From positions 50,050 through 77,118 of the forward strand of contig JBOEGD010000036.1 of the NCBI GenBank assembly GCA_050633245.1: DNA of 27,069 nucleotides, in the 5' to 3' direction. The notes beneath the pieces were generated by a model. That model worked only from the letters and a program-made list of their open reading frames with translations, was not told the origin of the DNA and did no database searches. Each line of letters opens with the position of its first letter. The first letter of the stretch is position 1. Made by a program: the position numbers and the translations under genes. The DNA comes from Calditrichia bacterium (GTDB taxonomy: Bacteria > Calditrichota > Calditrichia > RBG-13-44-9 > J075). Of the stretch, positions 1 to 8,183 are shown piece after piece.

Positions 1-1240
1 GTTCCCATTCCTGTGTGGTATGGCAATCCAGACACATGGTGCTAAATCCATTCTGTACGTGATTGGGTTCCTGCACGGTATTAAAATCAGTATCATGACA
101 TGAAAAGCAATCGCTGGGAGTACCGCTGAACTGTCCGTTAGCATGGCAACTGGCACAGTCCAGTGGCTGATGCGCGCCAGTTAGCGGGAAGCCGGTTAGA
201 TTATGATCGAACGCTGCCGGTTCCCAGCCGTTTTCGGTATGGCAAACCATGCAGTCAAGTGGGAAGTTGTTCTGAACGTGATTGGGATTCTGAACCGCGT
301 TAAAATCGTCCTGATGACAACCCGCGCAGTCCTTTGGAAGTCCGGTAGTTTGGTTATTTGTATGGCAGTCTGTACAAAGGATATTCTGATGAGCTCCGTT
401 GACGGCAAATCCACTAGCCTGCAGGTGATCAAAAATTGCGCCTTCCCACTGCGTCTCACTATGACAGGTTTCACAGTTTGTTGGAAATCCGAACTCGCTG
501 TGATTTGGAGAAACTGCCGCTTCGAAATCTGTCTGATGGCAGTTAATGCATTGCTTTGGAGTGCTAATAAAGGTTTCCTGATGACAATCAATGCATTGTG
601 CCTGAGCGTGGGCACCTTTTAGCTCGAAGCTGGCAGGATGTTCATAATTGACGCGCTGCCACTCCACGGCCGCACTTTGATGACAGTTTAAGCACTGTAA
701 ATCGAAAGCAGCTTTGAGATGGTTCGGATTGCTGGAACGAGCAAAATCACCACTGTGGCAGCTTGCACAGTCTTGCGATATGCCGCGAAATTCGTTTGCT
801 CCGGCATTGACGTGGCAGGATTGACAATCGGCAATTGCATGAACTCCGGACAGTGGGAATCCACGCGACGCGTGCGTTTGAAAGACTTCCAGTTGACTGT
901 TCCAATTATCAGATGTATGACAGCTGGCACAGTCTGTTCCGAAGGACCGTTGATGGATATCGGAGTGACAATCTGCGCAAGCTATGCCGATATCGGCAAA
1001 CTTTGCACTTTGATGGCAGGTCATACAATCGGTGAATTTATGTGCCCCCAACAGCCTGAAGCCGGTTTTGTCGTGATTAAAGTCCATCGGTTGCTTTACT
1101 TCTTGCCATGAATCAGTGGAGTGGCAGCTAAAACAGTCTAATTCGATCACTCCATGCGGATTTTTTGCAGTATTTTGGGCATGAAGCATCCCCAACTGCA
1201 GGAGGCAAAAAAATGCGTAGATAGGTAACCACTTTTTCAT
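1..1240 (-). CDS. Multiheme cytochrome c (at least 16 CxxCH), triheme-repeat type; C-terminus lies beyond the left edge of the window
   Basis: Not in the ORF track because no stop codon falls inside the window. Manual translation from ATG at 1240 is open for 413 codons: MKKWLPIYAFFCLLQLGMLHA|QNTAKNPHGVIELDCFSCH...CLDCHTTQEWE. It has a Sec-type signal peptide, 16 CxxCH motifs and repeated FDH/FPLxGAH/PNH linkers. Confidence 0.93.
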   Translation of the reverse strand, partial: MKKWLPIYAFFCLLQLGMLHAQNTAKNPHGVIELDCFSCHSTDSWQEVKQPMDFNHDKTGFRLLGAHKFTDCMTCHQSAKFADIGIACADCHSDIHQRSFGTDCASCHTSDNWNSQLEVFQTHASRGFPLSGVHAIADCQSCHVNAGANEFRGISQDCASCHSGDFARSSNPNHLKAAFDLQCLNCHQSAAVEWQRVNYEHPASFELKGAHAQAQCIDCHQETFISTPKQCINCHQTDFEAAVSPNHSEFGFPTNCETCHSETQWEGAIFDHLQASGFAVNGAHQNILCTDCHTNNQTTGLPKDCAGCHQDDFNAVQNPNHVQNNFPLDCMVCHTENGWEPAAFDHNLTGFPLTGAHQPLDCASCHANGQFSGTPSDCFSCHDTDFNTVQEPNHVQNGFSTMCLDCHTTQEWE

Positions 1241-1261
1241 CGTAGATCCGTTTACGTTTTT

Positions 1262-1419
1262 ATGCTAATAATGCAAATAATGAACCAATTCAGAGCCCAG
1301 ATTCAAATGAGTGGGAGAATGGGTGACCGGGAGACTTGGCGAAATGAAGATTGCTCTATTGCCCTTTTCATTTATATTGAACTCAGAACCAGGACTCAGA
1401 ACTTAGAACTTAGAACCTG
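1262..1419. repeat. Intergenic patchwork of degenerate 9-, 8- and 7-bp tandem repeats
   Basis: ATGCTAATA-ATGCAAATA-ATGAACCAA (1262-1288); TGGGAGAA-TGGGTGAC-CGGGAGAC-TTGGCGAA (1312-1343); GAACTCA-GAACCA-GGACTCA-GAACTTA-GAACTTA-GAACCTG (1379-1419). Confidence 0.7.
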
Positions 1420-1421
1420 TC

Positions 1422-3092
1422 TTATCCATGACAGCTACTACAGGTTTTATCCAAAGGTTTAAATCGCAAAACGTTCGTATCTGTACTGCCGGTTAGCTTA
1501 TGACAACTCCTGCACTGAAGTTTTTTATGAGCACCATCCAGTGAAAATGCTGCATCACGCGTATGATCGAAAAGTTCAGGCTGCCAGCTGTTTGGAGAAT
1601 GGCAGCGTGCGCAATCTGTAAATGAAGTCAGACTACTATTTATCAGCGTCTTCTGGTCAAATTGCCTATCGTGAACATCTTCATGACAGCTGCTGCATAT
1701 CGGTTTTGTAGAAGTGAATCGAACAATCCGGAGGTTTTTCTCAGTCATTGGTTTATGGCAGCTGCTACATGATACATCTTGGTGTTTGCCCTCCAATACG
1801 AAGTTTGTGCGGGAGTGATCAAATTCGATGTCTTGCCAGCTTTCAACGGAATGGCAACTTGCACAACCCTTTTCAGAAGCCATAAACGAATTCGTTTCAC
1901 CGATATGGGGATCGCGATGGCAACTGCTACAGTCTTCTACTTTAATCGTGAAACGATTCATTTTAAGCTGTTGGTCGGAGCGTAGAATGCGCGGTTTCTG
2001 TTCGATATGACAAGCAAAACAGGGGATTGCCCGATGCGCACCTTCCAATGGGAAGGAACTCTTGCCATGATCAACCAGTGTAAATGTGGAAGGCTGGAAC
2101 CCATTAACCGTATGGCAAGAAGCACAATCTCCTTTGGAGGCATGCTCTGTAAACTGACCATTATGCTGATCCTTATGACAGCTCATGCAGGTTTGAAAAG
2201 CAATCGCGCCGGTAAAGGCTCCCGATTTATGGCATACCCGACATTCCAGCTTCGAATGTTTGCCTTCCAGTGGAAAGCGGGTTTTGCTGTGGTCAAAACT
2301 TACCCCCCGATTAAGCCTGGTAAAACTTTGCGTGTTATGGCAATCTGTACAGGCTGAACCGAACTTCCCCTGATGAACGTCTTTATGGCAACTGCTACAC
2401 TGCATGAAGCTAGCGACTTTAAAGCTTAGTGATTTTGCTTCCCGAGCTGGTTCTCCTGTGTTAAAATGGCACTGCAAACAATCTAAAGATTGATGCTGGC
2501 CCGTCAGCTTAAATTTAGTCTTCGCATGATCGAACCCTGTCGCTGGTTTCCAGTTCTTTTCATTATGACAATCCTGACAGGCTGTGCCTAACTCGCCTTG
2601 ATGAGTATCGTCATGGCAGGAAGCGCAATCTTGTGAAAGCCCCAAAAAGGTTTTTTCCGGTTTTTTCTTTCTGCTCATCAACAACTCAGCATTTGGATTA
2701 TTCAGTGAATTATGACAGTCGCGACACTTTAATTCGGTATGCGCATCTTTTAAATCATAGCCGGTGCGTGAGTGGTCGAAGTTGTCCACGCCTTCTTTAA
2801 AATGAACCATCTTGAATTTACGTCCGTGATGTTCTGAGTGACACTCGACGCAGTTCTCAAATTCTCTTCCGGCATGCAGGCCTTCACCGGCGCTAATTCG
2901 ATCGTTCAAAAAAGTGTGGCATGCAAGGCAGTTCTTTGCCTGAATCTGTTGGCCTGCGGTATGACACTGTGTGCAGTTCGCCAGGCCTTCTAGCATTTTG
3001 TGTGGCTCGCTCAGTTCGCCGGGCGAAAGCTGAGCATTCACCTTTAACGAGATAAGCACAAACAGAACGCAGATTAAAAAGACAGGCCTCAT
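1422..3092 (-). CDS. Periplasmic/exported 20-heme cytochrome c (cytochrome c3-like repeat family)
   Basis: 20 CxxCH motifs counted in the track ORF 1422..3104; signal peptide MRPVFLICVLFVLISLKVNA|Q; repeating FDH-x4-FxLxGxH-x4-CxxCH units. Start moved to ATG 3092, which overlaps the upstream stop (TAATG coupling). Confidence 0.95.
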   Translation of the reverse strand: MRPVFLICVLFVLISLKVNAQLSPGELSEPHKMLEGLANCTQCHTAGQQIQAKNCLACHTFLNDRISAGEGLHAGREFENCVECHSEHHGRKFKMVHFKEGVDNFDHSRTGYDLKDAHTELKCRDCHNSLNNPNAELLMSRKKKPEKTFLGLSQDCASCHDDTHQGELGTACQDCHNEKNWKPATGFDHAKTKFKLTGQHQSLDCLQCHFNTGEPAREAKSLSFKVASFMQCSSCHKDVHQGKFGSACTDCHNTQSFTRLNRGVSFDHSKTRFPLEGKHSKLECRVCHKSGAFTGAIAFQTCMSCHKDQHNGQFTEHASKGDCASCHTVNGFQPSTFTLVDHGKSSFPLEGAHRAIPCFACHIEQKPRILRSDQQLKMNRFTIKVEDCSSCHRDPHIGETNSFMASEKGCASCHSVESWQDIEFDHSRTNFVLEGKHQDVSCSSCHKPMTEKNLRIVRFTSTKPICSSCHEDVHDRQFDQKTLINSSLTSFTDCARCHSPNSWQPELFDHTRDAAFSLDGAHKKLQCRSCHKLTGSTDTNVLRFKPLDKTCSSCHG

Positions 3093-3985
3093 TATAATAT
3101 CCAACTATAGCCCAGCCAGATGGCCACACCGATATGAACAAACATGATTAGAAACATGAGCAGGGCGAAGGGCTTGTGAAACACGTGCCAATAGTGAAAT
3201 AATTGCTGAACACGATTGAGCATTTGAAGTCGCTGCTCGTATCTTTGTTTCTCCAGCGTCATTAGAACGGCCTGCTCCAGAAATGCTCCCTTCAGTCGGT
3301 AGCGCCGTTGATAGTGTCTTTTCAGCTTCCGTTTATGTAATGGGCTTAGCATGTCTGAAACAATCATGCGCATGATGCCACGTGTATGGTTGCGGGATAG
3401 TTGAGTTAACTCTGCTGGTACAGCCATTCCTTCAAAACCGGTCAATTGTTGTTGAAGTTCATTTGCAAAGGCGGTGCTGGTTGCTTCAATCTCACGCAAG
3501 TTGAGTTCTTCTCCGCTACTGCGTCGCGGGATTTTCAGGTAGAGATAACGCCCAAGGATTCCACTACTGGCAACGGCAATCATAGACCAAAATGCGACCG
3601 AGATAACACCGTTTAGTCGAAGCGTTGTGTGCAGAATAATAAATAGCGGGCCCATTATTCCCAGATAGATATGGATATCGAGCCAGCGGCTGAGCTGACC
3701 AAACTTACCGAAAATACGTGTTCTTTTTCGTAATGAATATAAAAGCATAAGTAGCATCATAACTGCCCCTACAACCCCAAAGGTATGCCCCCGAGTGCCT
3801 GCCGGGCGCAGCGTTCGATAATCTTCGCTATAGGGCCGCTCCAGGAATGGTGTGGTGTAGTAGCCGAGCCCATCGAATAAAAAATAGATGTAAATACCAA
3901 GCGAAACGGCATAAAGTAGTTTTAGAAAAGTATTGAACCAGTCGCGTTCACTTCGCTCAGTAGTAGTAGTTTGGTTTGATGGCAT
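3092..3985 (-). CDS. Integral membrane protein, ferric-reductase/cytochrome b-like transmembrane domain
   Basis: About 5 hydrophobic helices with membrane-placed His residues (WLDIHIYLG, IILHTT, LFHYWHVFHKP, FVHIG). Translationally coupled to the 20-heme cytochrome. Confidence 0.75.
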   Translation of the reverse strand: MPSNQTTTTERSERDWFNTFLKLLYAVSLGIYIYFLFDGLGYYTTPFLERPYSEDYRTLRPAGTRGHTFGVVGAVMMLLMLLYSLRKRTRIFGKFGQLSRWLDIHIYLGIMGPLFIILHTTLRLNGVISVAFWSMIAVASSGILGRYLYLKIPRRSSGEELNLREIEATSTAFANELQQQLTGFEGMAVPAELTQLSRNHTRGIMRMIVSDMLSPLHKRKLKRHYQRRYRLKGAFLEQAVLMTLEKQRYEQRLQMLNRVQQLFHYWHVFHKPFALLMFLIMFVHIGVAIWLGYSWIL

Positions 3986-4077
3986 AGTCTTTGATGTATG
4001 TGTTGTATTCGTTCTAGTGAGAAATTCTGTGGATTCGTCATTATCAGCAGACTTTAATACCGTTTGTCCAGCACTAA

Positions 4078-4093
4078 ATCAATTGTCGTGCCA
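4078..4093 (-). promoter_or_regulatory. Candidate sigma54 (-24/-12) promoter for the cytochrome operon
   Basis: Minus strand reads TGGCACG-ACAA-TTGAT. The -24 element and spacing match the consensus TGGCACG-N4-TTGCW; the -12 element has GA instead of GC. It lies about 90 bp upstream of ATG 3985. Confidence 0.55.
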
Positions 4094-4177
4094 AAATCTT
4101 ATTTTGCAGGAAAGTGGAGCGTTAAAACGAATTGACTGGAATTGAACAAGAAAATTCTTGAAGGTTGGGTTGTTTAT

Positions 4178-4213
4178 GTGCACATTTCGTGCACCATTGT
4201 GCAAAGTATGCAC
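4178..4213. promoter_or_regulatory. Candidate enhancer (UAS) for a sigma54 activator: two adjacent GTGCA dyads
   Basis: GTGCAC-ATTTC-GTGCAC (4178-4194) and GTGCA-AAGTA-TGCAC (4199-4213). TGCA recurs at 11/10/9-bp spacing, 85-120 bp upstream of the -24 element. Confidence 0.5.
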
Positions 4214-4275
4214 CCGCTTTTTGCTCTTAAAAACAGTATGGATCTAAATCGCAGCATGAATCTGCAATTTTATGT

Positions 4276-5307
4276 ATGGAACCGCTAAAAATGCTTATGA
4301 AACAAGCTGGTTGTGCAATAAAACTATCTTTCCATTACTCAAGGCGTTACGGTTTGGCAATTGGCCTTGTGTTTGCGTTATTTTACTTGAATGGCTGCAT
4401 ATCTGAGGCACCGCGCAAAAACCCGCTTGATCCGGCTCTGGGTATAAAGCTTTCCGGGGTAGTGGAGAAAAGTGCAGATGGCAATGCAATTCAACAGGCA
4501 TTGATTCGGGTTCTTCCTGGAGAGACGACGGCTGTTTCCAATGAAAATGGAGAGTTTCGTTTTGATGAGGTGTTTAACAATGGGAGTTATAGCGTGATAT
4601 GCACTAAGGACGCATTTGCTCCCGATACTCTGGAACTGAATTTGAATGCCTCACAAAATCTGAGTTTCGCGTTAAATGAACTACCGCTGATATCTGATGT
4701 GAGTGTAACGACGCGCTACGAAGCACGTTTTTTACCTCCAAACAGAACGTTTCTCGAGTTTGGTGTTTCGGGGAGGGATAGTGATCGACCCGGCAGCCTG
4801 GTTTCCGCAGTTGTCGAAGTGCCGGGATTTAGTTTCCTTGACTCACTAATTGAAGTTGAGCCGCTAAATGATCAGCGTTTTTTTAACAGGTTCGTCGCCT
4901 CAGACTTTGGCATAAACACGCTTGAAGCGCTCATTGGCAAACCCGCATTTTTTTGGATTCAGGATGCCGAAGGAGCAAAAAGTGCAGTCATTCAGGGGCA
5001 GCTTGCCCGCATCATTACTCAATTACCGCGCCCACTGGAACCGAGCGGATTAATTGGTATGCCATTCGACTTCCACTGGGAGCAGCGGACGCTTCCTTTT
5101 GATTTCACCTATGCCATTGAAATCTATTTGAATGTGGGTATCAACTTACCCCCTGTCGACACGATTGAAGACATTCCATCGAACCAAACTCTCTTGTCTT
5201 ATAATAACCCGGCTCTTAATCAGCAAAACTATTTTTGGGTCTTATATATCGTCGACGAATTTGGTAATCGCAGTCGATCCTATGAAACCACTCTACAAAT
5301 ACAATGA
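4276..5307 (+). CDS. Lipoprotein with carboxypeptidase-regulatory-like (prealbumin-fold) domain and C-terminal Ig/FN3-like domain
   Basis: Hydrophobic h-region and lipobox LNG-C followed by NPLDP. LSGVVE...IQQALIRV...SNENGEFRF...GSYSVICTKDAF fits the CarboxypepD_reg-like pattern. Exact start uncertain (several ATGs). Confidence 0.75.
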   Translation: MEPLKMLMKQAGCAIKLSFHYSRRYGLAIGLVFALFYLNGCISEAPRKNPLDPALGIKLSGVVEKSADGNAIQQALIRVLPGETTAVSNENGEFRFDEVFNNGSYSVICTKDAFAPDTLELNLNASQNLSFALNELPLISDVSVTTRYEARFLPPNRTFLEFGVSGRDSDRPGSLVSAVVEVPGFSFLDSLIEVEPLNDQRFFNRFVASDFGINTLEALIGKPAFFWIQDAEGAKSAVIQGQLARIITQLPRPLEPSGLIGMPFDFHWEQRTLPFDFTYAIEIYLNVGINLPPVDTIEDIPSNQTLLSYNNPALNQQNYFWVLYIVDEFGNRSRSYETTLQIQ

Positions 5308-6797
5308 AGGTTGCTGTTATGACAAAGTCTGACCCGTTTCGCGCACTTCTCGATATAAGCGAAGAGATTGCTCAGTTAAACGATGCTCCAGAGCTGCTAA
5401 ATCGCATTCTCGACAGAGCAATAGACGTTTTAGGTGCAGAGCGTGGCTTTATGCTTTTAAAAGCTGAAGAGAATGATGCAAACTTCCTTGCTGTTGCAGC
5501 GCGCAATATGAGCAATGAGAGCATTGCCGACATTCGCGAGCTGTCCAGCAGCGTGGTAAATAATGTGCTGACGAATGGGGAAGCGGTATTGACTTTTGAT
5601 GCACAGAGCGATGAACGCTTTTCCGAGGCTCGCAGTATTCTTATTCAAAAAATCCGATCGATTATTTGCACGCCCCTAATATTGAGTGATACGATTCACG
5701 GCGCAATTTATGTAGATAGCCAAACGCAGGCCGAGCGCTTCAATGATGAAAGTCTGCGTTTCCTGCAGGCCTTTGCAAGGCAGGCCGCTATTGCGATAGA
5801 TAATCAACGGCGTTTTGAAAAGCTTGAGACTTCAAATCAACGCCTTAAGAAGCAACTCTCCTATAGCCAGGTTTTTCCAGAGATCATCGGCGAGAGCAAG
5901 GAAGTGCAGGAAATGCTCGACCTTATAGACAGGGTAGCTGAAGCAAAAGCAGCTGTATTGATTGAAGGTGAAAGTGGAACGGGTAAAGAACTGGTTGCAC
6001 GCGCGCTGCATTCACACTCCAGTCGAAAAGAACAACTCTTTGTACCGGTATTCTGTGGTGGCCTTGCGGAAAGTTTGCTTGAGAGTGAACTCTTTGGGCA
6101 TCGAAAAGGCGCCTTTACCGGTGCGATTGAAAACAAGGCTGGTCTATTTGAAGAGGCCGATGGTGGCACGGTTTTCCTGGATGAAATTGGGGAAATTAAT
6201 ACGAATATTCAAACCAAACTACTACGAGTGATTCAGGAGGGGGAGATAAAGCGGGTAGGGGAGACCGTGACCAGAAAAGTGAATGTTCGGGTGGTTTCTG
6301 CTACCAATAAAGATCTATGGGAGGAGGTGCAGGCCAAGCGATTCCGCGAAGATCTGTACTATAGATTAAATGTCATCAGTATTAAAATGCCGCCACTGCG
6401 TGATCGTGGAAATGATATCCAGATATTGGCAAATCATTTTCTTACCAAATTTGCCCGGGAAAATGGTAAACAGCTGGAAGGATTCAATGCCGCTGCGCTA
6501 AAAATACTCGATGCTTATCAGTGGCCGGGCAATATTCGGGAATTGGAGAATACCGTTGAGCGCGCGGTTATCATGGCTTCCGATAAAACCATCACCGCAG
6601 ATTTGCTCGCGTTGAACAAGGTACGTGTAAGTGATTTGGTTGGACGATCATTGCAGGAGGTCGAGCGAGCCCTGATAATGCAAACGCTTGAATTGACTGG
6701 CGGACATCGCGGACGAACCGCGGAGATACTTGGAGTGTCGCGTCGCTGGTTACAGTATCGCATCAAGGAATGGGACCTTGCCGGCGGGGAGAATTAA
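5304..6797 (+). CDS. GAF-domain sigma54-dependent enhancer-binding protein (GAF-AAA+-Fis HTH)
   Basis: N-terminal GAF (AERGFMLL...SIICTPL...GAIYVD); Walker A GESGTGKE; ESELFGHRKGAFTGA; Walker B FLDEIGE; FREDLYYRL; WPGNIREL; C-terminal HTH RTAEILGVSRRWLQYRI. ATGA overlap with the upstream gene. Confidence 0.96.
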   Translation: MKVAVMTKSDPFRALLDISEEIAQLNDAPELLNRILDRAIDVLGAERGFMLLKAEENDANFLAVAARNMSNESIADIRELSSSVVNNVLTNGEAVLTFDAQSDERFSEARSILIQKIRSIICTPLILSDTIHGAIYVDSQTQAERFNDESLRFLQAFARQAAIAIDNQRRFEKLETSNQRLKKQLSYSQVFPEIIGESKEVQEMLDLIDRVAEAKAAVLIEGESGTGKELVARALHSHSSRKEQLFVPVFCGGLAESLLESELFGHRKGAFTGAIENKAGLFEEADGGTVFLDEIGEINTNIQTKLLRVIQEGEIKRVGETVTRKVNVRVVSATNKDLWEEVQAKRFREDLYYRLNVISIKMPPLRDRGNDIQILANHFLTKFARENGKQLEGFNAAALKILDAYQWPGNIRELENTVERAVIMASDKTITADLLALNKVRVSDLVGRSLQEVERALIMQTLELTGGHRGRTAEILGVSRRWLQYRIKEWDLAGGEN

Positions 6798-6811
6798 TGA
6801 GGAGCTTAAGG

Positions 6812-8092
6812 ATGAAAAATATTGTAGCGGGGAAAGTGTCTGTTACGATGATGTCGATTGTGCTGCTCTTGTGCCCGGCGCTGTTAATAAATCTTACCGC
6901 GCAACAGTGGCAGACTGCACCGCAATTAACCACGCCGCGTTTCGGAGCAACTGCCGTAACGCTTAACGGCAAAATTTACGTGATGGGGGGCTCCGGGCCA
7001 TCGGGCATACTTGCAGAACGCATCGAAACTTTCGAAGTTGGTTCCACTTCCTGGAACGACCAGAGTACAGCCCCCTTAAGATCACTGCGTCTGGATGCAG
7101 CTTCCACAGTCTGGAACGGTAAAATATATCTCACCGGCGGATTGGATGCAAATGGCGAAGTGGTTGACACAGCGGAGGTTTACGATGAGTCTACAAACTC
7201 CTGGAGCAAAATTCGCAAAATGCGCGATGAAAGACGCGGACATTCGCTTGTTGTAATAAATAATTTCCTTGTTGCTGTTGGGGGAGTAGATGACGACGAC
7301 GAGTATGTTGAAAAGATAGAGTATTATGATGTGTCAGAGGATGAATGGGAAGATGCAGAAGATGAAATTCTGGCGTTACGGGCGGTACCATTTTCGGGTG
7401 TCTTTAATGAAAAGCTCTATTTGTTTGGTGGAATACTGAGTGCACCGGTCTCTGATGGGTTTGCAGGTATTTTTGACACGAATTGGAATATCAGCTGGTC
7501 TAGTTTACCGAGCCTCACCCAGGCTCGTGGCAATGGAAGTTCTGTGGTGTGTGGAGATAGTCTCTATATGATTGGCGGTATTACTTCAAATGGAACGTCC
7601 AGCTCACTGGTCGAGATATATGATTCCAATCAGAACATAACGTTTACAGGGTCTCCATTGCCTTCTGGTCGTATTGGTGCCTCCGCAGCCCGGATTGACA
7701 GTCTTATTTACGTGATCGGTGGATATACCAACAATCCTGAAAACCCAAGTGCATCGGTACTAAGCTTCAATACTCAGCCGATTACCGGATTAGAGCCACA
7801 GGAATATGTGCCGTCCACATTTATTCAGGCCATTGGTTACCCTAACCCCTTTAATGGGCAGGTTACAATTAATGTCTTTTTACCGAGGGCCGGACAATTT
7901 GATTTGATAATCTTTGATATTACCGGTAAAAAGGTTCGACAATTAGCCTCGAAAGCACACGCTGTTGGTAAGTATGCCTTTGAGTGGGATGCCCGCGATA
8001 AAAATGGATTTGTTGTTAGCAGCGGGATCTATTTTGCGGTTTATCGCCAGCAAGATCAACAGGGGGCACTTAAACTTATTTATAGTCGATAG
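6812..8092 (+). CDS. Secreted Kelch-repeat beta-propeller with C-terminal FlgD-Ig / T9SS-type sorting tail
   Basis: Six Kelch repeats (KIYVMGG, KIYLTGG, LVAVGG, KLYLFGG, LYMIGG, IYVIGG); signal peptide ending LTA|Q; tail YPNPFN...FDITGKKVRQL...WDARDKNG..VSSGIYF. Start chosen at ATG 6812 (AGGAG at 6800-6804); ATG 6797 is an alternative. Confidence 0.88.
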   Translation: MKNIVAGKVSVTMMSIVLLLCPALLINLTAQQWQTAPQLTTPRFGATAVTLNGKIYVMGGSGPSGILAERIETFEVGSTSWNDQSTAPLRSLRLDAASTVWNGKIYLTGGLDANGEVVDTAEVYDESTNSWSKIRKMRDERRGHSLVVINNFLVAVGGVDDDDEYVEKIEYYDVSEDEWEDAEDEILALRAVPFSGVFNEKLYLFGGILSAPVSDGFAGIFDTNWNISWSSLPSLTQARGNGSSVVCGDSLYMIGGITSNGTSSSLVEIYDSNQNITFTGSPLPSGRIGASAARIDSLIYVIGGYTNNPENPSASVLSFNTQPITGLEPQEYVPSTFIQAIGYPNPFNGQVTINVFLPRAGQFDLIIFDITGKKVRQLASKAHAVGKYAFEWDARDKNGFVVSSGIYFAVYRQQDQQGALKLIYSR

Positions 8093-8183
8093 TTGCGAAA
8101 ACGCTCGATAAACGTTTGATTCCTTGGGCTTGTGCATACTATATTCTAGTAATACACCGCTAACCGATTTTCACGGAATCGCA

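Noticed and set aside
196-1111. Track ORFs 196..615, 203..622, 688..930, 719..1111 and 835..1035
   Set aside because: They are alternative-frame or antisense shadows of the 16-heme cytochrome gene (1..1240, minus strand) and carry no motifs of their own.
1262-1462. 66-aa plus-strand ORF (…ELRTRTQNLELRT…)
   Set aside because: It is a translation of the short tandem repeats, antisense to the operon and overlapping the cytochrome stop.
4147-4160. Palindrome CAAGAA-AA-TTCTTG between the promoter and the enhancer
   Set aside because: It is short and AT-rich and matches no site I can name, so it cannot be separated from background.
4362-4377. Plus-strand TGGCCTT-GTGT-TTGCG resembling a sigma54 promoter
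   Set aside because: It lies inside the lipoprotein signal-peptide coding region and has a weak -24 match; probably chance.
8116-8145. TTGATT-N18-TATATT possible internal sigma70 promoter before the kinase
   Set aside because: The match is moderate and the spacing suboptimal; not supportable without transcript data.
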